Positions 1-10,499 of a stretch of DNA of 64,000 nt are shown here, piece by piece. The translations under genes and the position numbers were made by a program. This DNA comes from an uncultured delta proteobacterium (GTDB lineage: Bacteria > Desulfobacterota > RBG-13-43-22): NCBI GenBank assembly GCA_963843145.1, contig CAWJJC010000027.1, positions 384,001 to 448,000 on the forward strand, given 5' to 3'. Position 1 is the first letter of the stretch. Each line of letters begins with the position of its first letter. Below the pieces are notes generated by a model, which was not told the DNA's origin, made no database searches, and was given only the letters and a program-made list of their open reading frames with translations.

Positions 1-51
1 GGCCGCCTTGGCTTTTTCAGCCAGTTCCAGGACCATTTTTTGAATATCCAT
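1..51 (-). CDS. proA: N-terminus of probable gamma-glutamyl phosphate reductase (runs off window)
   Basis: Reads MDIQKMVLELAEKAKAA directly downstream of proB; ProA-like start and synteny. Confidence 0.65.
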   Translation of the reverse strand, partial: MDIQKMVLELAEKAKAA

Positions 52-99
52 ATGAAGATCCTTATCTGTTTGGAGCCGTGATTACAAAAAAAGGTTAAA

Positions 100-1269
100 T
101 TAGAGATCATCCGAGATCAGCACCAGATTGTCCCGGTGGATGGCTTCGTCGGACTGTTTGAACTCTAAGCGCTTTTCAATTTCAGAAGACTTCAGCCCTT
201 TGATCTTCTCCAGATCGGAAGAGGAGTAATTCACCAGGCCCTTGGCCACCCGTCTACCCTCCTGATCCAGACAACCGACACAGGAGCCTACCCCAAAACG
301 GCCTCGCACCGTGACGATACCGGAAGGCAAGAGACTCTTTCCTTTTTCGACCAGTGCTTTTCGGGCCCCGTCATCAAGAATAATTTCGCCCCGAGGTTTA
401 AGGGTATAGGCAATCCAATGTTTCTTGCGACTTAACGATTGTTTCTGGGGGAGGAAAAGGGTACCCCAGGGCTTGCCTTTAATGATCTCCTTCAAAACCC
501 CTTCCCGGCGCCCATTGGCAATGATGACCGGAGTACCTTGGAAGGTTACCTTTCGGGCGGCCTTGATTTTGGTCCGCATTCCCCCCAGGCCCCATTCGCC
601 GGAACTAAGGGAGGTAAAGCGTATGACCTGGCTGTCCACCTTCTCTACCACCGGGACCAATTCAGCCTGGGGATACTGCCGGGGGTCCCGGCTGTAAAGC
701 CCGTCCATATCGGTCAGGATGATCAACAAATCTCCATCAATGAGATGGGTAATCAGGGCTGAGAGATTGTCGTTGTCGCCGAATTTGATCTCCTCCACGG
801 CCACGGTATCGTTCTCGTTGATGATGGGGATGATCCCCCAGTTCAGCAAGGTAGTCAGGGTATTGCGGGCATTGAGGTATCTGCCCCGATGGGTCAGATC
901 GTCCCGGGTAAGCAGGATCTGAGCGACTTTCAGGTCGAAACGGTCGAAGGCTTCCTCGTAGACCTGAATCAAACGGCCTTGGCCGATGGCGGCCACGGCC
1001 TGTTTCTCGGGAATGGTTTCCGGTTTTTTCTTGATCCCCAGCTTTCCCATCCCGGAGGCGATCGCCCCGGAAGAAACCAGGGTCACCTTCAACCCCTTTT
1101 TCTCCAGGAAGGCCATTTCTTCGGAGAGTCGAAGAATGGTCGGCCGGTGTAAGGCCCCATTTTCCGTGAGGACCGCGCTCCCCACCTTGATGACTACCCG
1201 ATTGACTCCTTTAAGAAGTTCTTTCCGTTGTACCGTCAGTGATTCCTGGGGAGTCATTTTGGATTTCAA
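100..1269 (-). CDS. proB: Glutamate 5-kinase with PUA domain
   Basis: VVIKVGSAVLT, VSSGAIA, IINENDTV, FGDNDNLS, GGMRTK motifs; C-terminal PUA domain (SLLPSGI...IHRDNL); true start may be a few codons downstream. Confidence 0.96.
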   Translation of the reverse strand: MKSKMTPQESLTVQRKELLKGVNRVVIKVGSAVLTENGALHRPTILRLSEEMAFLEKKGLKVTLVSSGAIASGMGKLGIKKKPETIPEKQAVAAIGQGRLIQVYEEAFDRFDLKVAQILLTRDDLTHRGRYLNARNTLTTLLNWGIIPIINENDTVAVEEIKFGDNDNLSALITHLIDGDLLIILTDMDGLYSRDPRQYPQAELVPVVEKVDSQVIRFTSLSSGEWGLGGMRTKIKAARKVTFQGTPVIIANGRREGVLKEIIKGKPWGTLFLPQKQSLSRKKHWIAYTLKPRGEIILDDGARKALVEKGKSLLPSGIVTVRGRFGVGSCVGCLDQEGRRVAKGLVNYSSSDLEKIKGLKSSEIEKRLEFKQSDEAIHRDNLVLISDDL

Positions 1270-2248
1270 CCTTTTGAAAAATTTGGGCGACCAACTCTTC
1301 CAACCCCTCTCCGGTCAGCGCTGATATCCCCAAGGGGGCAGCGCCCTGTTCCCGAAAGCGCGCTGCCGTTTTCAGAAACTCCTTCCGGACCGGAGGTAAA
1401 TCTATTTTGTTGACCACCACCAGGGAGGGCTTCTCCAGTATCCTGGGGTTAAAAGCTTGTATTTCCTGCCTAATGATCTGCCATGATCTTAGGGGATGGG
1501 CATCGGCTCCGTCAACCAAATAAATAAGCAGCCGGGTCCTTTCAATGTGGCGTAGAAATTTCAACCCCAACCCGGAACCCGAACCGGCCCCCTCGATGAG
1601 CCCGGGTATGTCGGCCAGGGTCAATCGTCGACCGCGCGGGTCTTCAACGACTCCCAGATTGGGGGTTAAGGTGGTAAAGGGATAATCGGCGATTTTTGGT
1701 TTAGCCGCGGAGATCTTCGAAAGCAGTGTGGATTTTCCGGCATTGGGGAGGCCGATCAGTCCCACCTGGGCTAAAAGTTTCAGTTCCAGGCGCAGCCATC
1801 GTTCTATTGCGGGTTCCCCGTCCTGGGCAAATCGGGGTGTCCGCTGGGTGGCCGAGGCGAAATGTCTATTCCCCTTTCCGCCACGTCCCCCTGCTGCGGC
1901 AACCCAGATCTGGCCGTCCGCAACCAAATCCGCAAAAATTTCTCCGGATTCGGGATCCCGAACCAGGGTCCCCAGAGGAACCGGTATCCGAATGTCCTCG
2001 CCGTTCTTGCCGTGGCGGTCATTTCCCTGGCCTTGTCCGCCCTTGGCGGCCTTAAAATGTTGCTGGTATTGAAAATCAAGAAGGGAATGGATCTTCGAAG
2101 AAGCAATGAAGAGCACGTCTCCCCCTCGGCCGCCGTCCCCGCCATCAGGGCCGCCAAAGGGTTTAAACCGCTCCCGCCGGAAACTGACACAGCCCTTCCC
2201 CCCGGCACCGGAGCGAACAAATATTTTGGCCTCATCAACAAACTTCAA
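1211..2248 (-). CDS. obgE: GTPase ObgE/CgtA
   Basis: MKFVDEAKI, glycine-rich Obg fold, GLPNAGKS, DYPFTT, DIPGLIEGA, NKID; follows rplU-rpmA. Confidence 0.98.
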   Translation of the reverse strand: MKFVDEAKIFVRSGAGGKGCVSFRRERFKPFGGPDGGDGGRGGDVLFIASSKIHSLLDFQYQQHFKAAKGGQGQGNDRHGKNGEDIRIPVPLGTLVRDPESGEIFADLVADGQIWVAAAGGRGGKGNRHFASATQRTPRFAQDGEPAIERWLRLELKLLAQVGLIGLPNAGKSTLLSKISAAKPKIADYPFTTLTPNLGVVEDPRGRRLTLADIPGLIEGAGSGSGLGLKFLRHIERTRLLIYLVDGADAHPLRSWQIIRQEIQAFNPRILEKPSLVVVNKIDLPPVRKEFLKTAARFREQGAAPLGISALTGEGLEELVAQIFQKVEIQNDSPGITDGTTERTS

Positions 2249-2351
2249 CGATGACCAGGATTGACGGGCGTCGACCGCCCTGGAGGGCGGCCGACGGGCG
2301 CTTTATTTTAGAGGATTGGTTGTTCGTGAGATCAACGATTGGGTCGGCAAA

Positions 2352-2600
2352 TTAGCGGATGCTTATTCTTTTCCGGTCCTGGCCGAAGGCTTCAAAGGAC
2401 ACGACCCCCTCCACCTTGGCAAAAAGGGTATAGTCTTTGCCCATGCCCACATTTTCACCGGGGTGAAACTTGGTCCCAATCTGGCGGACGAGGATATTCC
2501 CCGCTTTAACCCGCTGCCCGGAATAGCGCTTGACCCCCAGCCGCTGTCCGCCGCTGTCTCGACCGTTTCGAGAGCTGCCTCCCGCTTTCTTATGTGCCAT
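2352..2600 (-). CDS. rpmA: 50S ribosomal protein L27
   Basis: [16 protein letters not shown]...RLGVK signature. Confidence 0.99.
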   Translation of the reverse strand: MAHKKAGGSSRNGRDSGGQRLGVKRYSGQRVKAGNILVRQIGTKFHPGENVGMGKDYTLFAKVEGVVSFEAFGQDRKRISIR

Positions 2601-2626
2601 ATTCGTTACTCCTTTTAACCAAAAAT

Positions 2627-2953
2627 CTAACTATTTTCGGTTAGGCCTTGGATGGCCTTGATCTTTAGCGCCGTGAAAGGCTGGCGGTGCCCCACCATCT
2701 TTCGATAGCCCTTGCGGCGTTTATGCTTAAATATTAATACCTTTCGTTGGCGTCCCTGCCGGAGGATTTCGCCCTCCACCGAGACCTCTTCCAAAAAAGG
2801 ATGTCCCACCAAGACCTTTTCATCCTGGGCAATAAACAAGACCTGCGGGAGTACCACGTTTTCCCCCACCTGCCCGCTTAATTGCTCCACCTGAATGATA
2901 TCGCCCGGAGCTACCTGATACTGTTTTCCGCCGGTTTGGATGATGGCATACAT
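2627..2953 (-). CDS. rplU: 50S ribosomal protein L21
   Basis: [12 protein letters not shown]...[15 protein letters not shown]. Confidence 0.99.
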   Translation of the reverse strand: MYAIIQTGGKQYQVAPGDIIQVEQLSGQVGENVVLPQVLFIAQDEKVLVGHPFLEEVSVEGEILRQGRQRKVLIFKHKRRKGYRKMVGHRQPFTALKIKAIQGLTENS

Positions 2954-3011
2954 AAGCTTTTCCTTTGATAAAAATTATAAAAGGAGTATTAAACCACAAT
3001 TTTATTTTTTG

Positions 3012-4544
3012 TCAACTATAAATTTCAAATTGCTCGATATGAATATTCTCTCTCGATTCCACCGAAATGCGCTTATTGATCCGCTCTTCGAGTTCCTCCA
3101 TGGCCGGTCGTTCCTCGTCCAAAAGCAGGTGGGCGATATCCGGGTGAACCCGCGCGACGACGTTCTCCCGATTCGACTCCCAGGCCTCCCTTTCAATCTG
3201 GCGCAGGACCTGGTAGCAGATGGAATTGCGTGACTTCAACCACCCTTCCCCCTCGCAATAGAAGCAGGGTTCCCGGAAAATGCGATTCAAGTTTTCTCGG
3301 GTCCGTTTTCGGGTCATCTCGATCAAACCCAATTCGGACATTTTCAGCACGTTGGTCTTGCTTTTATCCCTTTTCAGGGCCTCTCTCAGGGCGTTGAAGA
3401 CCTTTTCGCGATCATTCTTTTTTTCCATATCGATGAAATCGATGACCACCAGCCCTCCGATGTTACGCAGGCGCAACTGATAGGCGATCTCCTTGACCGC
3501 CTCCAGGTTGGTCTTGAGGATGGTTTCCTCCAGGTTGCGCTTCCCCACGTATCGGCCGGTATTCACGTCGATGGAAGTCAAGGCCTCGGTCATTTCGATG
3601 ACAATATAACCGCCGGATTTCAGCCAGACCTTTCTTCCCAAGGCCCGTCCTAATTCCATCTCGATCCCGTGGGCGTCAAAGAGGGGCTCCGGCTCCTCAT
3701 ATAAATGAACCAGATTCTTGAGCTTGGGATTGAAGGTATCAATAAAATTGAGGATCTGCTCGTATTCCTTTTTTCCGTCGATCACCAGGCGGTCCACTTC
3801 CTTGGTGAACAGGTCCCGGACCGAACGGAGGGTGACGTTTAAGTCCTGATAAATCAAACTGGAGACCGGTGCCCGGGACATCTTCTGTTGGATGTTATTC
3901 CAAAGTTTGATCAGGAAATCCATCTCGGTTTTGATCTTGTCTTTGGGCGCGCCTTCCCCGGCCGTCCGGGCAATCAAACCAAACCCGTTGGGTTTGATAC
4001 CGGTTAACAAGTCCCGAAGGTTCCGTCGTTCCTCTTCGTCTTCAATCCGTCGGGAAACTCCCACGTGATCCATGGTGGGCATCAAGACCAGGTGCCTCCC
4101 GGGAAGGGAAATGTGGGTGGTGATCCGCGCGCCTTTGGAGCCGATCGGTTCCCGCATGATCTGAACCAGAAGTTCCTGGCCTTCCTTCAAGAGGTCTTCG
4201 ATATTGTTGAAGTAAAGGGGGCGAACCTTTTCTTCCAACTCCTCAGAGGCGTCGCCGAAAGTCTCTTCCAGGTCGCCCTCTTCTTCATCCTGCATCAGGG
4301 CTTCAAATTCTTCATAATTATCGGCCACGTCACTCACATATAAAAAACCGGCCCTTTCCAGCCCGATATCCACAAAAGCCGCCTGCATCCCGGGCAAGAC
4401 CCGGACCACTCGTCCTTTGTAAATATTGCCCGCCAGGCTGTTTCGCTGAGGCCGTTCCAAATGGAACTCGGTTAAGATGTTATTCTCAACCAGAGCAACA
4501 CGGGTTTCATAGGAGCGGGCGTTGATGAGTAGTTCAATGGACAT
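3012..4544 (-). CDS. rng: Ribonuclease G (Rne/Rng family)
   Basis: GNIYKGRVVRVLPGMQAAFVDIG S1 domain, IDVNTG, QLRLRNIGGLVVIDFIDM; 510 aa with no long RNase E tail. Confidence 0.93.
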   Translation of the reverse strand: MSIELLINARSYETRVALVENNILTEFHLERPQRNSLAGNIYKGRVVRVLPGMQAAFVDIGLERAGFLYVSDVADNYEEFEALMQDEEEGDLEETFGDASEELEEKVRPLYFNNIEDLLKEGQELLVQIMREPIGSKGARITTHISLPGRHLVLMPTMDHVGVSRRIEDEEERRNLRDLLTGIKPNGFGLIARTAGEGAPKDKIKTEMDFLIKLWNNIQQKMSRAPVSSLIYQDLNVTLRSVRDLFTKEVDRLVIDGKKEYEQILNFIDTFNPKLKNLVHLYEEPEPLFDAHGIEMELGRALGRKVWLKSGGYIVIEMTEALTSIDVNTGRYVGKRNLEETILKTNLEAVKEIAYQLRLRNIGGLVVIDFIDMEKKNDREKVFNALREALKRDKSKTNVLKMSELGLIEMTRKRTRENLNRIFREPCFYCEGEGWLKSRNSICYQVLRQIEREAWESNRENVVARVHPDIAHLLLDEERPAMEELEERINKRISVESRENIHIEQFEIYS

Positions 4545-4643
4545 GCCGTATTTTCCTTTGACCGACGGTTAAAGGAACCGTATCCGGAAAATTAGTTTTT
4601 ATTTGAATTTATTACTAATCTAGTTTACACCATTGATGGGTCC

Positions 4644-6350
4644 ATGTCAAAAATGAAACTGGTTCTAATACAACCTCCGATCGAAGATTTCTATCATACC
4701 CCGGTACGGTTGGTCCCCCTGGGCTTAGGATATTTAAAAGCGACGGTTAAAAAATACCTGCCCCAAGTGGAAGTGGTCATCAAAGATTACCACCAGGGTT
4801 GGGGTCGCCGAACCATCCCCCTCCCCCACGACCTGGCTTATTTGAAGGAGTATTACGCCTGGCCGGACCAGAGCCCCTTTTCCACTTTTTTTCACTATTA
4901 CCATTTCGGGGCTGACTATAAAACCCTGACCTCGGAAATCGTCCGGGAAAAACCTGATCTTGTCGGAATTTCTTCCCTATTTACTCCCTACCATCGTGAA
5001 GTCTGGCAAAGCGCCGAGGCCCTGAAGAAAAGGCTGAACATCCCGATTTTATTGGGCGGGGCACATGTTTCCGCCGCCCCGGAGTTGATGCTCGCTCATC
5101 CCGCGGTGGATTGGGTTATCCGGGGAGAGGGCGAAAAACCACTGGTCGAATTGCTCCGGGCCATCCTTGAGGGACGAGCCTTATCCGGAATCCCGAACTT
5201 GGGATTTAAACAAGAAGGGCGGATAATCCTCAATCCCATCGAGGAGAACTATCCCCTGGAAGAGATCCCCTGTCCGGATCTCTCGGACCTGCCGCCGGAT
5301 TATTATTTATACGATCGAAAACCCCTCTGTTTCCTGATGACCTCCAGAGGGTGCCCTCACCGTTGCGCTTTTTGCTCGGTTCATCTGACCTTCGGCCGAA
5401 GGCATCGTCGCCGCCGACCCGAGGCCGTTTTTGAAGAGATCCAAGAAAGGTATCGCCAGGGTTACCGGATTTTTGATTTTGAAGACGACAACCTGACCTT
5501 CTCCCGGGAGGACATGATCACCCTGGCCGAACACCTCAGCCGGACCTTTGCCCCGGGGGAAGTGCAGTGTCTGGCCATGAATGGGATTTCCTATATGAGT
5601 TTGGATCCGGAGCTGTTGGCGGTAATGAAAAAGGCTCATTTCACCCAGCTAAACTTATCCTTGGTCAGCCTGGATCGTGAAACCCGGAATCGCGCCCAGC
5701 GGCCCCATACCTTGAACCGCTATATCACCGTGGTCCAAGAGGCCCATCGATTGGGTTTCAAACTGGTTTCCTACCAGATTTTAGGCCTGCCCGGGGAATC
5801 CCTGGAGTCCATGATCCGGACCCTGGTCCTGGCCGCCGGCCTGCCCGTCCTGATCGGGGCCTCACCCTTTTACTTGTCCCCCCGAACCCCTTTATCCCTG
5901 AATTTTCCCGCGCCTGAAGCCAGCGATCTATTTCGCGCCCGGCTTACCGCGCTGGCCCTGGAGACCGACTCCTGTAAACGGGAGGACCTCTACACCCTTT
6001 GGGTGGCCACCCGAATCATCAATTTCATGAAGGGCCTGCACTTCAGCCCGGCCTGCATTTCTTTTTCCGAAGCCCTGGACCTGGCCCTTAAGCAAGGCCG
6101 CCGGGCCGCCTCGGGAGTGGAGATCCTCTCCCGCCTGCTGACGGAAAAAACGTTTTACGCCGCCACCCCGGACGGTTTAAGGCCCCTGCCCAAATTTCGC
6201 GCCCCCCTCTTTTTCAAACTCTGGACTCAATTGAGACAAATTGTGACTACGGAAGGGAAAGGAATAACTTTAGATAAATTTGATCTTAAAAAAAACGTTC
6301 TGCAGGTACTGGGCGTAGAGGTCGGCCATTTCGGTATCGAGAACCCATAA
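4644..6350 (+). CDS. B12-binding domain radical SAM protein
   Basis: PLGLGYL, DLVGISSLF, GGAHVS, GEGE cobalamin-binding region; SRGCPHRCAFC CxxxCxxC; FEDDNL. Confidence 0.9.
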   Translation: MSKMKLVLIQPPIEDFYHTPVRLVPLGLGYLKATVKKYLPQVEVVIKDYHQGWGRRTIPLPHDLAYLKEYYAWPDQSPFSTFFHYYHFGADYKTLTSEIVREKPDLVGISSLFTPYHREVWQSAEALKKRLNIPILLGGAHVSAAPELMLAHPAVDWVIRGEGEKPLVELLRAILEGRALSGIPNLGFKQEGRIILNPIEENYPLEEIPCPDLSDLPPDYYLYDRKPLCFLMTSRGCPHRCAFCSVHLTFGRRHRRRRPEAVFEEIQERYRQGYRIFDFEDDNLTFSREDMITLAEHLSRTFAPGEVQCLAMNGISYMSLDPELLAVMKKAHFTQLNLSLVSLDRETRNRAQRPHTLNRYITVVQEAHRLGFKLVSYQILGLPGESLESMIRTLVLAAGLPVLIGASPFYLSPRTPLSLNFPAPEASDLFRARLTALALETDSCKREDLYTLWVATRIINFMKGLHFSPACISFSEALDLALKQGRRAASGVEILSRLLTEKTFYAATPDGLRPLPKFRAPLFFKLWTQLRQIVTTEGKGITLDKFDLKKNVLQVLGVEVGHFGIENP

Positions 6351-8435
6351 GTTATAAATTCGATCATAGGGAAAATTATTGTTTTTGAGGTAATCGGAGG
6401 GAAGGACCATAATAGGCATTTGCTGCACCGGATAATGGCTGCCCAACCAGGTCAGGACCTTAAGAAAAACATCAAAAGGCAAATGCTGATGGTCCAGGAT
6501 GAACAGGCTGGCCGAATTGGTTAATTCCGAGAGGTTCAACCCCATATTGGTCCTGGTGATGGACAGCACGAGGTAGAGATCTTTATTTCTTCTTAGGGCG
6601 AGAACATCTCTCTCCCGATAGAGACCGGCTCGGGTGTACGATTGGCTCAGCGTATCCACGCCGATCCGGGAAGGCTTCAAGTCCAGGGCTTCCAAAAGCA
6701 ACCCTCCGGAATAATCCTGGTAAAATTCAGCCAATCTTTCCATATCCTCGGGTTCGGCCTTTTCAATCACCCACGGGTCCGGCAGGGGTTCCGGTCTTAT
6801 GTAGGAGGGGTAGTTCAAAAAAGCCAGGCCGTCTTGAGATATGGCGGCCTGGTTTTTAATTTTTCTGACCGCACCCCCGAAAATCAGGTTGGAAAATTTA
6901 TTGGTGGACTGGAAATAGCAGATGATGTATTTCATCCGCGATTGAGTTAAATTCAAGGAGTCGTTGATATACCGGTGTAGTTGGTAGAGCAGGGTCAAAC
7001 CAACTTTTTTATATCGAAATTCAGGGTCGGCCGCATAATGATGGATCATCCAGGCATTCTCATACACCCGCAACATCCCGATGTGGCCCTGAATTTCTCC
7101 ATGCTCCTGGTAGGTGAAATGGCGGGCGATTTCGGGGTGATTCATATAAACGTTTTTATAAATCTCCGGCAGGTGCTGCTTGTTCTTTAAAATCTGTTGA
7201 TATTTCTGGGGGTAAATAAAACCCGACCGAAAAAACAAAGACCATAAGGATTCAAAATCGATCGGGCCACCCATCTCCACGTTTTGGTTGACGGTCTTAT
7301 TTAAAAGACTGGACAGCCTTAAATGGTCCTCCGTGGAAATGTCCAGGATAAAAAAACCGAATTGCACCCTGGTCCCTTGGACTTGTTTGCGGTAAATAAT
7401 CTGCCCTCGACATTTCAGGCAGGATAAATCGGGAAATTCAATTTTAATCTCCGGGAGGATCAGACCGGGAATCAGGTTGGCGTTTTCCGTCTCTTCTTGC
7501 TCCACCGAAAACCCGGTGATGGATATATCCTGGGCCGGGAATTTAATCAGTTTTTTAATGAGGGGATGCTGAAAGATGATGTTGGGCGGCGGGGACAGTC
7601 TGAAGCGATCGGTTCGGAGTTCCCTTTTTTTTACCCGCTCGAAACCATCCTCTAAAAGCTGCAAGACCACGACCCGGTCCCGCTGCTGATCCCATTCCTT
7701 TAAAAGGGTGGCCCTACCCGAATAAACGACCTCACCCTCTTCGGTGCTGAGCTGGATAGTCAACGGCTTGTCGGGATTGATCCAATTCCATTGGGCTAGT
7801 TCGGCTTCGGAGATCAACATCCGCAGGCTGGTGATACTGAATTCGTTTAAGCGACCCCGGCAACTGAACCCGTCTTGAAAGAAGTGGGCCCGGATCGACT
7901 GGCAGACAAAACGCCGGTTTTTTCGGGAGGCGACCTCAACCCCTTTAAGGGGAATTTTCAATAGTAGATGGTCCTCTTCTAGCCGGATATCCTCCGGTTT
8001 GGCGATGACCACCGACCGGCCTTCATCGATCAAAAAACAAACCAGACGGGCATCCTGGGGAATGGCCGGGGATCCCTGGCTTCTTTCAAGGAGACAATCG
8101 ACTCGATCATTTTGGACGGGAGAGGGTTTGACCGGGAACAAAAGAAGTTCTTTAGATCTCGGGTGACTGAAGACTAAGAAAACATCCTTTTCAAAAAAAT
8201 TATTAAAATTGACCAGGTTAACCAACTGGCTATGATGAAGGATTTTGATATTGGCCGGCAGGTTGTGGCCTTCCGGCCCCGCCTCCTGCAGCCACTCTTC
8301 CGTTAAATCCAAGAGACTCAGCAGGTCCTTATATTGCAAGGGCTCCCTTTCCGAATGAGGGTCTTCCCTCCCGTTGGGTATCGGTTTCTCTTCCTTGGAA
8401 TTAGGAATTAAAAAAGGGTGGATGGAATCCGGCAT
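6270..8435 (-). CDS. PilZ-domain protein with C-terminal GNAT-like region
   Basis: RxxxR motifs (RKNRR, RELRTDR) and DISITG (D/NxSxxG); long C-terminal alpha/beta region; start chosen at MPDSIH. Confidence 0.7.
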   Translation of the reverse strand: MPDSIHPFLIPNSKEEKPIPNGREDPHSEREPLQYKDLLSLLDLTEEWLQEAGPEGHNLPANIKILHHSQLVNLVNFNNFFEKDVFLVFSHPRSKELLLFPVKPSPVQNDRVDCLLERSQGSPAIPQDARLVCFLIDEGRSVVIAKPEDIRLEEDHLLLKIPLKGVEVASRKNRRFVCQSIRAHFFQDGFSCRGRLNEFSITSLRMLISEAELAQWNWINPDKPLTIQLSTEEGEVVYSGRATLLKEWDQQRDRVVVLQLLEDGFERVKKRELRTDRFRLSPPPNIIFQHPLIKKLIKFPAQDISITGFSVEQEETENANLIPGLILPEIKIEFPDLSCLKCRGQIIYRKQVQGTRVQFGFFILDISTEDHLRLSSLLNKTVNQNVEMGGPIDFESLWSLFFRSGFIYPQKYQQILKNKQHLPEIYKNVYMNHPEIARHFTYQEHGEIQGHIGMLRVYENAWMIHHYAADPEFRYKKVGLTLLYQLHRYINDSLNLTQSRMKYIICYFQSTNKFSNLIFGGAVRKIKNQAAISQDGLAFLNYPSYIRPEPLPDPWVIEKAEPEDMERLAEFYQDYSGGLLLEALDLKPSRIGVDTLSQSYTRAGLYRERDVLALRRNKDLYLVLSITRTNMGLNLSELTNSASLFILDHQHLPFDVFLKVLTWLGSHYPVQQMPIMVLPSDYLKNNNFPYDRIYNLWVLDTEMADLYAQYLQNVFFKIKFI

Positions 8436-8491
8436 GGCCTCTTCTTTATGACGTTTCGCCCTTTTCGTTGTGTACCCTCCCAAATTGGCCT

Positions 8492-8712
8492 GGCCGCCGG
8501 TTCTCGGCCAAAGGGTTTTCCAAAGGTACTCCGGACTTCGAATACGGATTTAACTCACTAAATTTACTAAAAGACCTCCTAAACTCAGACACTTACAATC
8601 CCTCCCGGTCCAGACCTGCCTCCCGAAAGACTTAATAACGCGGGCGTCGGCTTAGAACCTTAAAAGGCCCGCCGCGGTGGGCGGATAACCCTTGGGCCGA
8701 GAACCGACGGCC
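8492..8712. repeat. 26-bp inverted repeat pair upstream of the PilZ gene
   Basis: GGCCGCCGGTTCTCGGCCAAAGGGTT (8492-8517) vs reverse complement of 8687-8712, 2 mismatches. Confidence 0.8.
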
Positions 8713-8767
8713 GCGAGGGCCCGATTTCAGACTAAGCTATCACCTATTTATGGCCACCCAATTAAGA

Positions 8768-8885
8768 TGACCTCGCAAAAAGTCAAAAAACGACTTTCTG
8801 CTCGGCGGGGAAGGGCTTCCCCTATCCCCCAGCCCGGCGCTTAATCGCGCTCGGGCTGCTGACGGACTTTCTACGAGTCCGTCAA
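8768..8885. repeat. REP/MITE-like element with ends CTCGCAAAAAGTC...GACTTTCTACGAG
   Basis: Imperfect terminal inverted repeats; related ends recur near 42530 and 62345-62476. Confidence 0.6.
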
Positions 8886-9160
8886 ATAAAAGGGCGAACA
8901 ACCTTCTTTATAATAATTCAGAGAACGGATTGGGATGAAAATGGATATTGACGCCAGAGTGTAATGAGGAATTACAAGTATGTCAATAAAAATTTACCAC
9001 TACATCTTGTATATTTTATAAAAAACAAGGCGGCCGCGGTGGAGGCGGGAATTACTTAAAAATTCACCCATAAAATAGCAATCCGGCCCTGCTCCATCCT
9101 GGGGACCCGGTCGGTGATCCGCCGCTTTTTGCCCCATATCCTGCGGCGCCGCTTTTTTTT

Positions 9161-9305
9161 AGACAGGATTTGCAGGATCGACCGGGATTATTGACCCGGC
9201 CGGATGCCGGGACAAAAGAAGTCCTCTCCGCCTCCGGCGGATAAAGGTTGCTCCCTGCCCTCCGGGAAGGGAGTGAAAATCAAGTATATCCTGTTGATCC
9301 TGTCT
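9161..9305. repeat. REP-like palindromic element
   Basis: AGACAGGATTTGCAGGAT ... ATCCTGTTGATCCTGTCT inverted ends. Confidence 0.65.
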
Positions 9306-9516
9306 GTCAGGAGATTTGTTGACAATTTCAATAAATTAAGTAGGATATAAGCAGTTTGGTAACCGAAAGAGGGATGGCATTTTCTTTTTTGGACCCCTGG
9401 AAATCATCTGGTTGTTGTAGTTCAAAATAAACAACAGAATAATTTGATGGGCCGGCGGCCCATCCCCAGGCTACGGAGCGCAAAATTAACGGGTGACTAT
9501 GGCTTGCGAAAGCCCG

Positions 9517-9575
9517 GCCCATCAAACGGATTGAGCAGACGCGCCATGCCGCGCTCCTCATCCTGGGCGTTAGTC
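9517..9575 (+). other. Degenerate attC-like site
   Basis: GCCCATC..GGATTGAGCAGACGCG..CGCGCTCCTCATCC..GTTAGTC imperfect palindrome ending in a GTTRR core, just before RBS and ATG. Confidence 0.55.
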
Positions 9576-9589
9576 GCCAGGAGATAACT

Positions 9590-10455
9590 ATGAAGCATGT
9601 AGCTTTTTGTTTGGTAGTCGGCATACTTGCTTTTGCCACAGGGTGCTGGTCGATTCAGACACAGGCAAAGATCGATCAGGCAAGGCCCAAATTCCGACAG
9701 GGGCACCTCTCGAAACTGATAGCACCGGGAGGGCGGCAGAGGCAGCGCAGAAAGGGGTTACCAGGGTCATTTGTCGCCCTACGTCCTTTGGCGGCACTGG
9801 TTTCCTGCATAAGAGTGGCTTCGTTATAACCGCAGCTCACGTGGTCGCTAACTGCGCGCCGGGAGATCTATTGATTCTTGCTGCCTCTGGAAAACAGACA
9901 GGAGTAGCGTCTGTGTCCGCTGATGATGTCAAAGACTTGGCAATCTTGCGGCCAAGTTCGCCCCTGTCTCGACTCCTCTCCCCATCGCTTCGATATCTGA
10001 GCCTCGGCTCGGCACACAAGTGACTACATGGGGCTATCCAGGTGGATATACAGGGCTTTCCCTCTCCTCAGCGTTGGTTATTTTGCTGGAATCCAAGACT
10101 TCGATTTAGAGACACCCTCCCGCGCTACCCGGCGTTGGGTCATCAATGCCGCTTTTAATGGAGGCAACTCGGGCGGCCACGGTCCTATCAGTGGAAGACG
10201 GCCAGGTCATCGGCGTTGTCAGCAGTAAGCTTCGCGCCTCTGCCCGTGGCCATCGCAAAGATCATAGAAGGCCTTAAGAATGACAAAAGCGGGGTTTACT
10301 CTGGCTGGGTCCATTAACGGCCAATCCGTAAGCCAGGCTCAACTTGCCGGTCACATCTTGGACTATCTTCGTACGCAGGTTCAACTTTAGTTGGTTACGC
10401 GGTCACAACAAAGGACCTTAACGACTTTCTCAAGGCACAGGGTATCGAGCGGTGA
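9590..10455 (+). pseudogene. Trypsin-like serine protease gene cassette, several frameshifts
   Basis: Fragments in different frames: signal peptide, GTGF, ITAAHVV (His), DLAIL (Asp), AAFNGGNSGG (Ser). Confidence 0.8.
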
Positions 10456-10499
10456 ATTGAAATCGCGCTAATGGAACTATTGAACGTGAAAAACGCATA

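Noticed and set aside
8997-9012. NrdR-box-like CCACTACATCTTGTAT
   Set aside because: Single imperfect copy with no ribonucleotide reductase gene nearby
9075-9150. Possible c-di-GMP-I (GEMM) riboswitch on the minus strand upstream of the PilZ gene
   Set aside because: Only fragments (GGCAAA, GCCGGATTGC) resemble the motif; the GAAA tetraloop and GACGCAAA junction are missing
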